Positions 16,475 to 28,464 of a DNA stretch of 64,000 nucleotides are shown piece by piece. Location: NCBI RefSeq assembly GCF_009914755.1, contig NC_060926.1; one strand, 5' to 3'. The translations under genes and the position numbers were made by a program. Positions within the stretch are counted from its first letter, which is position 1. Every line of letters begins with the position of its first letter. Under the pieces are notes generated by a model, which worked only from the letters and a program-made list of their open reading frames with translations, did not search any database and was not told the origin of the DNA. The stretch is from the human T2T-CHM13v2.0 reference genome, Homo sapiens.

Positions 16475-16673
16475 CAGGCTGGGGGCAGGCCAGCGTGAAA
16501 GGGACTGGCAGGAGTCCTGCGGGGACAGGCTGGGGGCAGGCCAGCGTGAAAGGGACTGGCAGGAGTCCTGCGGGGACAGGCTGGGGGCAGGCCAGCGTGA
16601 ATGGGACTGGCAGGAGTCCTGCGGGGACAGGCTGGGGGCAGGCCAGCGTGAATGGGACTGGCAGGAGTCCTGC
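16475..16673. repeat. Tandem repeat, 51 bp x ~4
   Basis: aggctgggggcaggccagcgtgaa(a/t)gggactggcaggagtcctgcggggac. Confidence 0.93.
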
Positions 16674-17221
16674 ACGGCAGCTGTGCTGGGGAGGGGTCAC
16701 CCTGGGCCCTGAGAGGCACAGGACATTGCGATGGGGTGCTGGCCTGCCAGGAGCACAGATACAGAGCTAGAGCCCAGTGAGGCCTGTGCTGTGAGGGGCT
16801 GTGCTGTGCCAGGGGAGGCCCCGCACCCGGGAAGCCCAGAGGAGAGTGTGCACTCACGGAGCCCTCCTGGCAGGGCCGCGTCTCTGGAGCAGCAGACCCG
16901 TGTCCCTCTGGGAGGTCAACTGCGGCCTCACAGCTGGGCCTGTCCCAGCACAGCCCTTGTTGGAGGGCGCACCCCCGTGTCCTCAGCACCCCAGTGTTGA
17001 GTGCCTTGACCTGCAGAGGGGAGCCTGTGCTGGTCCCGGGCGTCTGTGTGGCTCCTGGGTGCCCATCTGCACCCCTGGCCCTGCTCTGGGCTTCAGTGGA
17101 GCCGTGCCACCGTGGGAGTGTCCAGGGTCCTGACGTAGCCCTGAGACGTGGCCAGCTCCCTGGCCTGCTGCCCGCACAGTGGGCCCTTGTCTCTGCTCTG
17201 GGTCAGGCGAGGCAGCCACCC

Positions 17222-17254
17222 ATGATGAGCTCTGCAGCCTTCCCAAGGTGGCTG
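17222..17254 (+). CDS. NEU4: Sialidase-4 long-isoform N-terminal exon (MMSSAAFPRWL)
   Basis: ATGATGAGC...TGGCTG followed by GTGAGT donor; matches the known NEU4 long-form extension. Confidence 0.9.
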
Positions 17255-17848
17255 GTGAGTCCCTGCCCTTTGCACCCCCAGCACCCTCACCCCTCTACCC
17301 GGGCGCCCGGGGTCAGGACCCGCTCCTGAGGTATCTGTCCAGCTGGCCGCCCCCTCTGTCTGGGGGTGCTGGACGAGTCCCACTCCTTGCCAACCCCAGG
17401 GTGGCTCCTCAGCTCTCAAACAAGGGGCGGGCTGCAGGGATTCCGAGGGCCCCTCCAGCAAGAGGTCCCACATGCATCTCCCAATGGGACACTTACCTGG
17501 CCCACAGGGTGGGTGTGACACTGAGGGTTCCTGGGGGCAGATTCAGGGCATGGGATGGAGACAGACTGGTTGTGAGGGGCCCAATGCAGGGGGCCGGCCC
17601 CAGCCCACAGGGTCGTTCTGCAGATGGGCTGGTCGGGGACGCTCTACCAGGTGAAGGGTCTGTGGTCGGAGTCTTCGCCCTGGCCAGGGCCCAGGACGCT
17701 CACGGTGCAGGCTGAGGGTCAGAGCCGCCGAGGGCCCCCTGCCGGGATTCTGTGCAAAGGGCCTCTGCACTTTATGTGGGTGCATGTGAATGCCCCTCGC
17801 CAAGATGTTCCTACCCTGCACCTGACACTTCCCACGACAAGAAGTGCT

Positions 17849-17930
17849 GACCCCAGAGGGTGTGCGCGGACCCCAGAGGGTGTGCGTGGACCCCAGAGGG
17901 TGTGTGCGGACCCCAGAGGGTGTGCGTGGA
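17849..17930. repeat. Tandem repeat, 20 bp x 4
   Basis: gaccccagagggtgtg(c/t)g(c/t)g. Confidence 0.9.
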
Positions 17931-18279
17931 GGGCCTGGTCTGACCTCAAGGCTCTTGGGGCACCCACACAGGATGGGCTGTGAGGGGTTGGCGGGGGTGG
18001 GGGGGGTGGTCTGTGATGGCCCCCTGCTGAGCCAGAGTGACCCCTACAACCGGTCCAGGGGTCCACGGACCAGAAGGCCAGGTTCTCCTGGAGGTCCCAT
18101 CTCCCCTGGGCCTCGGTTTCCCCTTCTGTGACTCCACACCCCCAAGGAGGGCCCTGTCAGGGAGGGCGGGGGGCACTGGTTAATGTCCAGGACATGGCTG
18201 TCCCAGTCAAGCCAAACCCCTGGAATGTGCTGAACTGGCTACACTGAGCGGGGCTGGCCTCCGAGACAGAGGGGCCTGC

Positions 18280-18482
18280 CGAGGACACGGAGGCTCTGTG
18301 GAACCCAGGGAACTGGTCACACTGAGGACACGGAGGCTCTGTGGAACCCAGGGCCTGGCCACACTGAGCACGGCTGGTCCCCCAAGACAGAGGGACCTCC
18401 TGAGGACACAGAGTCTCTGTGGAACCCAGGGCCTGGCCACATGGAGGACACGGAGGCTCTGTGGAACCCAGGGCCTGGCCGT
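18280..18482. repeat. Imperfect tandem repeat, core gaggacacggaggctctgtggaacccaggg x 4
   Basis: Directly visible. Confidence 0.85.
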
Positions 18483-19581
18483 GGCAAGGAAGCCCCAAGC
18501 CAAGTGTGTGTCAGCCTTGTCCTCTCTGTGGGCCTCAGTTTCCCCTCTGTGCAACAAGGGGAGTGACCAGCTGGTTTCTGGAGTCTCCTCCTCTCCCTCT
18601 CTGTCCCCAGGGGTGGGCCTGGGCCTCATGTCTGCAGGGGGTGCTGACACCTGCTCCTGTGGTCCGGGCCTTGGGGAGGGAGCCAAGTGCAGAGAGAATG
18701 TCTTGCTTGTGCCTGCTCAGCCCAGAGGGACACATGGCGTCTGCACCTGCTTCCCGCTTGGGCACAATTGCCCTTTGAGAGCAGAGCCAGGGGCTTCTTG
18801 GGGACGGAAGCTGCTCTCAGAAGCCGCGCACTGGTGGTGGGGGAGCGGCAGGAAGGGGCCGGCCAGCTGTCCTAGCCAAGAGCCTTTCAGGAACCGGTGG
18901 CCCAGGGCAGAGGTGGCTGGAGGTGGAGCTGTCTGTTTGGGCCTCAGGTGTCGGGGCAAGGCCTGCTTGGGTTTTACACGAGTGTTGCGCCTTTACCCGG
19001 GTCTCTGTCAGTGGGTCCCGCCTGACCCGTGGGTGTGCATGGGTCCCCGTCGTAGGCAGGCGTTCTGCCCTGGCCAGGCGTGGTGTCCGGCATCCGGCCA
19101 TCTCCCTCCTCCCTCCTTCCCTTAGCCCCGCATCCAGGTGCCCCGTGTGCCCGGCCTGGGCGGCTGGCCGTGGATCTGACCGCTCCTGCATGGTGGAGGA
19201 CCAGCGTTCCCACTGTCTGCAGCTGTGCCACCTCCCTGTGCCGGGCTGTGCGTGCTCACGCTCGGCTCCGTCTGCCTTTGTGCGATCAGACTGAGAGACC
19301 CCCCAGGCAGGTCCCGCCTGCAACAAGCAGACCCCATGCGTGCCCCAAATGCCCCCTCACCCGGGCCCTGCCCTGGTGGGTGTTGCCTGGGAGCAAACTC
19401 CCAGAATGGCCGCCGGGCCCCACTCGGCTTTGGAGCTTCTGATTCCTGTGGGCGCTTCTCAGGTCAGGGCCCTGCAGGTGGGAAGCACCAGGCACTGGAA
19501 TGAGGGCACTGTGGGGCCAGCTGCCTGCAGGCAGGGGTCTGATCACCAAGCACCTGTCCCCTGCAGGATCCCTGGCTGTGG

Positions 19582-19764
19582 CTCCCCCGATGACGTTCAG
19601 GAAGTGGGAGCCGATCCCCTGTCCCCAGAGAGCCCCGTGACTCCCCCGATGACGTTCAGGAAGTGGGAGCCGATCCCCTGTCCCCAGAGAGCCCCGTGAC
19701 TCCCCCGATGACGTTCAGGAAGTGGGAGCCGATCCCCTGTCCCCAGAGAGCCCCGTGGCTCCCA
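19582..19764. repeat. Tandem repeat, 59 bp x 3
   Basis: ctcccccgatgacgttcaggaagtgggagccgatcccctgtccccagagagccccgtga. Confidence 0.93.
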
Positions 19765-20277
19765 CAGGTCCCTGTGGGCTCACCTCTTTGTGTCTCTGCT
19801 GTGGCTTCCACGGTGCTGTGGCCTCTATTCTGGGGACACTGAGCTCCTCCTTGCTCGAGGTTTTGGGTCCTCATTGTCCACATGACCTCCTGCTGGGCGA
19901 ATTCTGGGATGACCCTGTGTCCTGGGCACATGGCTGGCAGGGTCCCGGGGGCTCTCTGGCCAGCCTCCCCTGCACCCTGGCACCAACCAGCCTGGCCGAG
20001 GGTCAGCTCCCAGAGCCGTGTTGAGAGGGGAAGGGGCTGATTCCACAGACATTTGGGGTGGAGTGGGTGCGAGGGAGGGTGGGGGAGGGGCTGCTCCAGA
20101 TCTGGGGTGAGGGAGTCAGAAACAGGGCTGACCCCAAGGTGGGTACAGGAAGAGGCCCAGGTGTGGGCAGGAGCTGTCTGCACCTCCTGAGCGCATTCCC
20201 CAGTCCAGACCGGGAGCGAGTGTGGGGCTCCCTGGGCCTGTCTTGCTGACCTGTGGCCCTGTACTGACCAGCAGAGC

Positions 20278-20478
20278 ATGGGGGTCCCTCGTACCCCTTC
20301 ACGGACAGTGCTCTTCGAGCGGGAGAGGACGGGCCTGACCTACCGCGTGCCCTCGCTGCTCCCCGTGCCCCCCGGGCCCACCCTGCTGGCCTTTGTGGAG
20401 CAGCGGCTCAGCCCTGACGACTCCCACGCCCACCGCCTGGTGCTGAGGAGGGGCACGCTGGCCGGGGGCTCCGTGCGG
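20278..20478 (+). CDS. NEU4: Sialidase-4 coding exon (short-isoform ATG; the long form enters at 20272 or 20275)
   Basis: MGVPRTPSRTVLFERERTGLTYRVPSLL...GGSVR; YRVP is the sialidase (F/Y)RIP motif; GTGAGT donor. Confidence 0.97.
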
Positions 20479-20684
20479 GTGAGTGAGTGGCCGGGGGCTC
20501 TGTGTGGGTGTAGTGGCCGGATCTGCTGGGGCTGCACACCCCGGGATGGGGCGGGGGTGGCGGCGGCAGGCAGATGCCCGAGGTAGAGATGAGCAAACCA
20601 GGCTCAGCGATCCTGGGTGCCCTGCGGGGGGCTGTGCCCAGGTCCCTGGACGTCCTGGTCAGCGGAACTTCCTCCTCTGGGCAG

Positions 20685-20940
20685 TGGGGTGCCCTGCACG
20701 TGCTGGGGACAGCAGCCCTGGCGGAGCACCGGTCCATGAACCCCTGCCCTGTGCACGATGCTGGCACGGGCACCGTCTTCCTCTTCTTCATCGCGGTGCT
20801 GGGCCACACGCCTGAGGCCGTGCAGATCGCCACGGGAAGGAACGCCGCGCGCCTCTGCTGTGTGGCCAGCCGTGACGCCGGCCTCTCGTGGGGCAGCGCC
20901 CGGGACCTCACCGAGGAGGCCATCGGTGGTGCCGTGCAGG
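20685..20940 (+). CDS. NEU4: Sialidase-4 internal coding exon
   Basis: gggcAG acceptor and GTAGG donor; WGALHVLGTAALAEHRSMNPCPV...SRDAGLSW (Asp box). Confidence 0.97.
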
Positions 20941-21069
20941 GTAGGCGGGCAGGGTGCCGGTCTGGGTCCCTTTGATTGGCCACGGTCCACATGGAAGGGA
21001 GATTCCAGCGGGAAATTGCCATTCTGCCCCACCCCTGTCTCCAGCCACAAGGGAACCAACCATCCCTTT

Positions 21070-21235
21070 CCCCAGGACTGTTCTGCGCCTCCCGTCCCAG
21101 GCAAATCCCTCTCCCCAGGACCGTCCTGAGCCTCCCGTCCCAGACAAATCCCTCTCCCCAGGACTGTTCTGCGCCTCCCGTCCCAGGCAAATCCCTCTCC
21201 CCAGGACCGTCCTGCACCTCCCGTCCCAGGCAAAT
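21070..21235. repeat. Tandem repeat, 43 bp x ~4, in a NEU4 intron
   Basis: ccccaggactgttctgcgcctcccgtcccaggcaaatccctct. Confidence 0.9.
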
Positions 21236-21843
21236 GGGTATTGATCACCCCCAGTCACCCAGTGGGCAGGAGCAGGCCCTCTATGGCTGACCCGACTCTC
21301 TCTCATCCCCCCCGCTAATCTCTTTATCTGCAGAGGAGAAGGCTGGACGCTGAGGTGTCTCTCAGCTCCCAAACCAACAGCCACCCCGCCCCACCCCTTC
21401 CTCTTATTCTTTACTCCCTTCTCACCCTGCCCAGGGCCTGGCCAGGCCTCACCCACAACTTTCCCTCCACCCCATCCTCTGTGGCCACCTGACCCCGGCC
21501 CGTGGGAGCTACAGCAGGGAGTGCAGCAGACACATGGCCAACCCAGGGACCCCACTGCAGGGCCTCATGCCCCCCGCCTGCCCTCCGCTCTCTCTGTGTG
21601 GGCAGCGCTCACCAGCCTCCCTGGGTGCCGTCCACCTGGGCTCGGCTGCTAAGGGCTGTGAGAGGCTTGTTCAGCCTGGGAGGACTCAGGGCGGCTGGGA
21701 TGAGTCGTGTGGAAGGGCGGTCAGAGTGCGATGGTCCTAACCCGAGGCACCAGCCCCTCCTTCCCCGTCCCCCTGTGCCTTCCTCCAGCCCCCCGACCTC
21801 GGGGACCCAGCAGCCCCTCCCACCTCTGCCCTCCTCCCTGCAG

Positions 21844-22841
21844 ACTGGGCCACATTCGCTGTGGGTCCCGGCCACGGTGTGCAGCTGCCCTCAGGCCGCC
21901 TGCTGGTACCCGCCTACACCTACCGCGTGGACCGCCGAGAGTGTTTTGGCAAGATCTGCCGGACCAGCCCTCACTCCTTCGCCTTCTACAGCGATGACCA
22001 CGGCCGCACCTGGCGCTGTGGAGGCCTCGTGCCCAACCTGCGCTCAGGCGAGTGCCAGCTGGCGGCGGTGGACGGTGGGCAGGCCGGCAGCTTCCTCTAC
22101 TGCAATGCCCGGAGCCCACTGGGCAGCCGTGTGCAGGCGCTCAGCACTGACGAGGGCACCTCCTTCCTGCCCGCAGAGCGCGTGGCTTCCCTGCCCGAGA
22201 CTGCCTGGGGCTGCCAGGGCAGCATCGTGGGCTTCCCAGCCCCCGCCCCCAACAGGCCACGGGATGACAGTTGGTCAGTGGGCCCCGGGAGTCCCCTCCA
22301 GCCTCCACTCCTCGGTCCTGGAGTCCACGAACCCCCAGAGGAGGCTGCTGTAGACCCCCGTGGAGGCCAGGTGCCTGGTGGGCCCTTCAGCCGTCTGCAG
22401 CCTCGGGGGGATGGCCCCAGGCAGCCTGGCCCCAGGCCTGGGGTCAGTGGGGATGTGGGGTCCTGGACCCTGGCACTCCCCATGCCCTTTGCTGCCCCGC
22501 CCCAGAGCCCCACGTGGCTGCTGTACTCCCACCCAGTGGGGCGCAGGGCTCGGCTACACATGGGTATCCGCCTGAGCCAGTCCCCGCTGGACCCGCGCAG
22601 CTGGACAGAGCCCTGGGTGATCTACGAGGGCCCCAGCGGCTACTCCGACCTGGCGTCCATCGGGCCGGCCCCTGAGGGGGGCCTGGTTTTTGCCTGCCTG
22701 TACGAGAGCGGGGCCAGGACCTCCTATGATGAGATTTCCTTTTGTACATTCTCCCTGCGTGAGGTCCTGGAGAACGTGCCCGCCAGCCCCAAACCGCCCA
22801 ACCTTGGGGACAAGCCTCGGGGGTGCTGCTGGCCCTCCTGA
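21844..22841 (+). CDS. NEU4: Sialidase-4 last coding exon
   Basis: ccctgcAG acceptor; VGPGHG motif, Asp boxes SDDHGRTW and STDEGTSF, YSDL, Pro-rich loop; exons sum to 1455 nt = 484 aa + stop. Confidence 0.97.
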
Positions 22842-23180
22842 CAGGCCTTCTGGCCGTGCCCATGCCCCTTGGGTGCCTGGGGCAGAGGGGTGGAATACGT
22901 TGGGGTGCCCCACGATAGCTGTGGGGGGGGCTCTTAGTGCAGGATCCTGTGGATTAGAAACAAGTTGCTCCTCAGAGCTCTCAAGCAGGGACTGCTCTTT
23001 AGGAAGGGGAGCAGCGGCTGGGAGTGAGCAGGGCAGGGTGGGGGCAGGGTGGGGGCACGAAGTGGGCCCTGGGTGACCCCCACAGCTCCCTTCCGAGGCT
23101 GCAGGGCCAGGCGCGGGACCGCAGGTAGCCCAGGGTGTTGTGGGTGGCAGCACTTGTTTACTGGCTGCTTTCTGGCTCGA

Positions 23181-23186
23181 AATAAA
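23181..23186 (+). terminator. NEU4 polyadenylation signal AATAAA
   Basis: First AATAAA after the stop, followed by GT/T-rich sequence. Confidence 0.75.
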
Positions 23187-23656
23187 GGAATCGTGCTTGT
23201 GTCGGGGTAGACGTTTCTTTCCTTTTCAGGTTCCAGCCCTGGGGAGGGGAGTTCTGCTGTAGCCCACTTCTCTGACCCCCATCCCAAAATCCCGCTGCCT
23301 TAGCAAAGCTCTACTCCTAAATGTCCTGGGGCCAGCAGAGGGAAGGCGGGAGGGAGGAAGTGGCCTCCGCCCCTGGCCTCCGGTGACAGTGATTTGCAAG
23401 TGGTCTGCTGTGCTCTCTGAACTTCCTGCTGGAGGAGTAGGAGGTAGGGCCTCTCCCCGCAGAGTTGAACGCCAGGAGGGGGTCACCTTCCAGGACCAGT
23501 CCAGTGTCCTGCTCCCCTGACCCCACCCTGGAGGGGGCTTGGGCTCCACTGGGGCTGTTTCCCCAGGGAAGTTCCTTTTTATTTCTTCTCCTTTTATAGT
23601 CTTCATTTCTGATGATAAAAGCAACATATGCTTACTGTAGAAAATCTGGAAAACGA

Positions 23657-23946
23657 GCCGGGCGCGGCGGCTCACGCCTGTAATCCCAGCACTTTGGGAG
23701 GCCAAAGCAGGTGGATCACCTGAGGTCAGGAATTCGAGACCAGCCTGGCCAACATGGTGAAATCCCGTCTCTACTAAAAATACAAAAATTAGCTGGATGT
23801 GGTGGTGGGCACCTGTAATCCCAGCTACTCGGGAGGCTGGGGCAGGAGAATCACTTTAACCTAGGAGGTGGAGGTTGCAGTGAGCCAAGATTGTGCCACT
23901 GCCCTCCAGCCTGGGTGACAGAGTGAGACTCTGAAAAAAAAAAAAG
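23657..23946 (+). mobile_element. Alu (AluS-like) with TSD agaaaatctggaaaa
   Basis: Full dimer with A-tail and flanking direct repeat. Confidence 0.95.
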
Positions 23947-24064
23947 AAAATCTGGAAAATGTAGAAAACTATAAAGAAGAAAGAGAAGTGAGCCCCCGGG
24001 CCCCTGTCCCCACGGGCCCTTCCTTCTGGCTTCCTTTCAACGGTCCTGCCCAGCCTGCTGTCAC

Positions 24065-24200
24065 GCCCATGGACGACGGCGCCAGCCGGGGGGTGCACAC
24101 GTGTGTCCCACCCATGGATGATGGCACCAGCTGGGGGGTGCACACGTGTGTCACACCCGTGGACGATGGCATCAGCCAGGGGGTGCACACGTGTGCCACC
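24065..24200. repeat. Tandem repeat, ~45 bp x 3
   Basis: (a/g)tgga(c/t)ga(c/t)ggc...ggggggtgcacacgtgtg. Confidence 0.85.
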
Positions 24201-24609
24201 TTCTTCCCGGCCCTGAATTGTGTGTGATGGGCTCCTTTGCATGTCTCTGGGTCTGGTCACCCCTTGGGGTGGCTTCGGTGACCACTCCCAAGGGTGGGGA
24301 CCCACGGCCAGCCCCCAGCAGTGCGGAGCGTCCAGGTGGTCTCTGAGTTGCCGAGGGTCCCCAGGGGAGCAGAGATGACCTCCCCTTGCGGCCCCCTTTT
24401 CCCCAGCAACTGCCCTGCCAGGACGGCTGCTGCCTGAGAGGGGACACCACTGGGTTCCAGACGGGGGCAGGATGGGGGCCTGGATCCGGGGCCCCTGACA
24501 GCCCTGAGTTCCCACAATCACCCCGGGCCCCTCCCCACCTCAGGCAGCCTCAGCCCCTCATAGGAGGGGCCCGTTGCCCGGGCCCTGGCAGTGCTGGTTT
24601 TAGGGGGTC

Positions 24610-24938
24610 TGTGTCTTAGTCCCTTGGGGCTGCCAAAATGAAATACACAGACCAGGGGCCTTGGAAACAACAGAAATGTATTTATCACGGTTCTGGAGGC
24701 TATAAGTCCAAGGTCAAAGTCTGTGATCATGAGGGCAGGCTCCGTGTCTGGTAAGGGCCCAGTTTCCGGCTAGTGGATGGCGGCCTCTGGCTGTGTCACA
24801 CACGGCGGGAGGGAGAGGTCTCTCCTGGGTCTCCTGTATGGGACACTATCCCATTCATGAGGGCTCCACCCTCCCAGGAGGCCCCACCTCCTGACCTTAT
24901 CACCCTGGAGTTAATATTTCAACATGGGAATCTGGGGT
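24610..24938. mobile_element. MaLR (MLT1/MST-like) LTR
   Basis: tgtcttagtcccttggggctgcc...acagaaatgtatttatcacggttctggaggc...atttcaacatgggaatctgggg. Confidence 0.75.
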
Positions 24939-25962
24939 GCACGTGTAGATCACGTGCTGGGTGCCTTGTGTCACGTGTGTGTCCTGACTTGTGGCCCGTG
25001 TGTAGGTCACATGCTGGGTACATTGTGTCATGCATGTGTCCTGGCTCATGGCCCGTGTGTAGGTCGTGTGCTGGGTGCATCCTGTCATGCGTGTGTCCTG
25101 GCTCGTGGCCCGTGTGTAGGTTGTGTGCTGGGTGCATCCTGTCATGCGTGTGTCCTGCCTCGTGGTGTGTGTGTAGGTTGTGTTCTGGGTGCATCCTCTC
25201 ATGCGTGTGTCCTGGCTCGTGGCCCGTGTGTAGGTCGCGTGCTGGGTGCATCCTCTCATGCGTGTGTCCTGGCTCGTGGCCCGTGTGTAGGTCATGTGCT
25301 GGGTGCATCCTGTCATGCGTGTGTCCTGGCTCGTGGCCCGTGTGTAGGTTGCGTGCTGGGTGCATCCTGTCGTGTGTGTCCTGGCTCGTGGCCCGTGTGT
25401 AGGTCGTGTGCTGGGTGCATCCTGTCATGCGTGTGTCCTGCCTCGTGGTGTGTGTGTAGGTTGTGTGCTGGGTGCATCCTCTCATGCATGTGTCCTGGCT
25501 CATGGCCCGTGTGTAGGTCGTGTGCTGGGTGCATCCTGTCATGCGTGTGTCCTGCCTCGTGGTGTGTGTGTAGGTTGTGTGCTGGGTGCATCCTCTCATG
25601 CATGTGTCCTGGCTCATGGCCCGTGTGTAGGTCGTGTGCTGGGTGCATCCTGTCATGCGTGTGTCCTGCCTCGTGGTGTGTGTGTAGGTTGTGTGCTGGG
25701 TGCATCCTCTCATGCGTGTGTCCTGGCTCGTGGCCTGTGTGTAGGTCGTGTGCTGGGTGCATCCTGTCATGCGTGTGTCCTGCCTCGTGGTGTGTGTGTA
25801 GGTTGTGTGCTGGGTGCATCCTGTCATGCGTGTGTCCTGGCTCGTGGCCCGTGTGTAGGTCGTGTGCTGGGTGCATCCTCTCATGCGTGTGTCCTGGCTC
25901 GTGGCCCGTGTGTAGGTCGTGTGCTGGGTGCATCCTGTCATGCGTGTGTCCTGGCTCGTGGC
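24939..25962. repeat. VNTR, 57-bp unit x ~18
   Basis: gtgtgtaggtcgtgtgctgggtgcatcctgtcatgcgtgtgtcctggctcgtggccc. Confidence 0.96.
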
Positions 25963-26109
25963 TAGCAGGGTCATCACAGTCCACTCTTCTGCCTTCAGAT
26001 CTGAAGCAAAGGAGCCACAGGCCTCTCTGGGGTTCTGGAAGCCGTGGAGCCCACTGCAGCTCTGCATGGCCCATTCTTCGTCATTCTCTTCTATACTGGG
26101 GTGAGCGGC

Positions 26110-26490
26110 GTCCCCAGCTTCATGTCCCCCTGGAAGCTCAGACTTTGCTACCTTATTTGCAAGTAGGGCCTTTGCAGACGTGATGGAGGTAAGAGGAGGT
26201 CATACTGGATTGCAGTGGGTTTAGCCCAGTGACGTCCGTCCTTGTGAGTCACAGACGCAGGGAGGAGCCATGTGAAGGTGGAGGCAGAGGCTGCAGTGAT
26301 GCCGCCACCAGCCACGGGGGCTGCTCAGAGCTGGAAGAGGCTGAAGGACCCTGCGCTGGAGCCTTCAGAGAGGGTGCGGGCCTGTCACCCTTGGCTTCAG
26401 ACGGCCTCCAGAGCCGCGAGAGGACGCATTTGCATTGCTTCAGCCGCCAGTCGGTGAGATTTGTTGCGGCAGCCTGGGAAGCAGCACACC
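26110..26490. mobile_element. MLT1-like LTR
   Basis: ccttatttgcaagtagggcctttgcagacgtg...catgtgaaggtggaggcagag...atttgttgcggcagcc. Confidence 0.7.
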
Positions 26491-27187
26491 TTCCTGCCTT
26501 TGCCGTCTGTCCGTCCGTCCGTCTGTCCACATGGGCCTCAGACCCCGGGGGATCCTGGCCGTCACTGCCCGGCCATGTGCAGCCTCGGCCTGTGTCAGAC
26601 AGACTTGGGCTCGAGGTCCCCAGGAGCTCCGGTCGCCGTGGTGGAGCCTCTCGATGTCTCGGGCTGTCTGCGGCTGGAGCACCCTCTGAGCTGGGGTTGG
26701 GTCAGGTCTGAAGAAGGGGCCGGAGCTGGCCCTGCCAAGGGCCCCTCCTAGCAGCCGTGGCCTCCTCAGGTGGGGCCCAGGGCTCCGAGGCCCTGACTCC
26801 TCCAGGTCTGGGCAGCTGCTCAGGACCGGGGAAGGCTCTGCCAGGTGTGATGCCCCAGGCTGGGAGAGGGTGTGGCGGGGGGGCTGCCTGGCTCAGGGCA
26901 GGTTGAGCCCTTCCTCCTGCCCTCCTGCCACTGCCCCAGCTGTGGCAGGCTCAGGACATCTGGTGTCTGCTGGTGGGGGGGTCGCTGTGCCTGGGGACAG
27001 TCCTTCCCCCCTGCTGCACTGGGAGTTCCTCTGGCATCCTGGGAGGCCTGTGCCTCGAGAGAGACCAGCCCCCTAGATTCCTCCCACCACGGGCGGCTCC
27101 CCGGCACCCAACCGGCTCCTGAGCCCCTGCCCCACCTCCACATTCCCGATGGCTGCTCTCCCAGCCTCTTTTCCTTCCTTCCACCCC

Positions 27188-27600
27188 TGTATGGTTTCGA
27201 TCTGTGTCCCCTCCCAAATCTTATGTCGAATTGTAATTCCCAGTGTTGGAGGTGGGGCCTGGTGGGAGGTGACTGGATCATGGGGTGGACTCTCAGGAAG
27301 GGTTTACTGCTATCGCCTCGGTGCTGTCCTCATGACAGCGAGTTCCCCCGAGACCTGGCTGTTTAAAGGTGTGCGGCACCTCCCCACCTTGCTGCTGCTT
27401 TCGCCATGTGACGTGCCTGCTCCCCCTTCTCTTCCACCAGGATTGTGGGTTTCCTGGGGCCTCCCCGGAAGCCGAGCAGATGCCAGCACCACGCTTCCTG
27501 TAGAGCCTGCAGAACCGGGAGCCGATTAAACTTCTTTTCCTTAAGAATCACCCAGCCTCCGGTGTTCCTTCACAGTAGGGTGAGGGGGGCGAACGCACAC
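27188..27600. mobile_element. MST/THE1-like MaLR LTR
   Basis: tgtatggtttcgatctgtgtcccctcccaaatcttatgtcgaattgtaattcccagtgttggaggtggggcctggtgggagg. Confidence 0.8.
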
Positions 27601-27879
27601 CCTGAGCCTTAGGGGCAACTCCTGCTGCTGTGCCCAGGCTGGGCCGGGCAGTGGCTCAGGAACGTGGCGGGGAACACGGTGCCAGTGCTGGGGTCAGGGC
27701 TCTGTCGTGGAGGCAGGATGTCTCTGTGGTTCCTTCCTAACCCTCATCCTTTTACCTCTTGTCCTGGCTTACTGGGCTGGCAAGGACCTCCAGGAAGATG
27801 TTAAACAGCCTTGATGTCTGATAGGCCAAACAAGGGCCCGGAAGCCGTCTGCATCCTCATTCCGGGGCCTGCACCATGA

Positions 27880-28260
27880 CGTCATGGCGAAGGGCTGCGC
27901 CGAGGGGGCCGGCTGAGGGTCTTGAGGTGAGAAATCATCCTGGTCATCTGGGTGGGTCCAGGGTCTCACCAGGGTCCTTATGGGAGGGGACAAAGGGTGG
28001 GAGAGGAGGGAGGAGGCCTTGGAGCTGGGTTTGAAGATGGAGGAGGGGCCACAGCTGAGGAGCCGGTGGCCTCTGGAAGCTGGAAAAGACGGGAAGCGAA
28101 GCCCGGACAGCCTGCAGAGGAACCAGCCTTGCGGACCCCTTGATGTTAGCCCGGGGAGGCCATGTCAGACCCCCGGCCCCCAGAACTTCTGGGGATGCAT
28201 TTGTGTCGTTTCAACCTCCAGGTCTGTGTGATTTGCTATGCAGCCTCGGGAAACAGCTGT
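27880..28260. mobile_element. MLT1-like LTR remnant
   Basis: tttgaagatggaggaggggccacagctgagg...ggcctctggaagctggaaaag. Confidence 0.65.
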
Positions 28261-28464
28261 GTGGCCACCAGGGTCCCACCCTGCTCCCGCCTTCTGGGCT
28301 CCAGGACGCAGGTGTGGGACCCCTCACCATCCGCATGGCCCTCTGCTGTGCACTCTCCTTCTCGTTCGTGTCTGTGCTGCATTCTGGTTGGTTTTCCTTG
28401 GCTTTTTTTTTTTTCTAGTTCACGAATTCTCTCTTTGCTGTGTTTAATCAGCTGGGAGTTACTC

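Noticed and set aside
24773-26183. Cys/His-rich repeat ORFs resembling keratin-associated or metallothionein-like proteins
   Set aside because: The 57-bp VNTR is open in several frames on both strands
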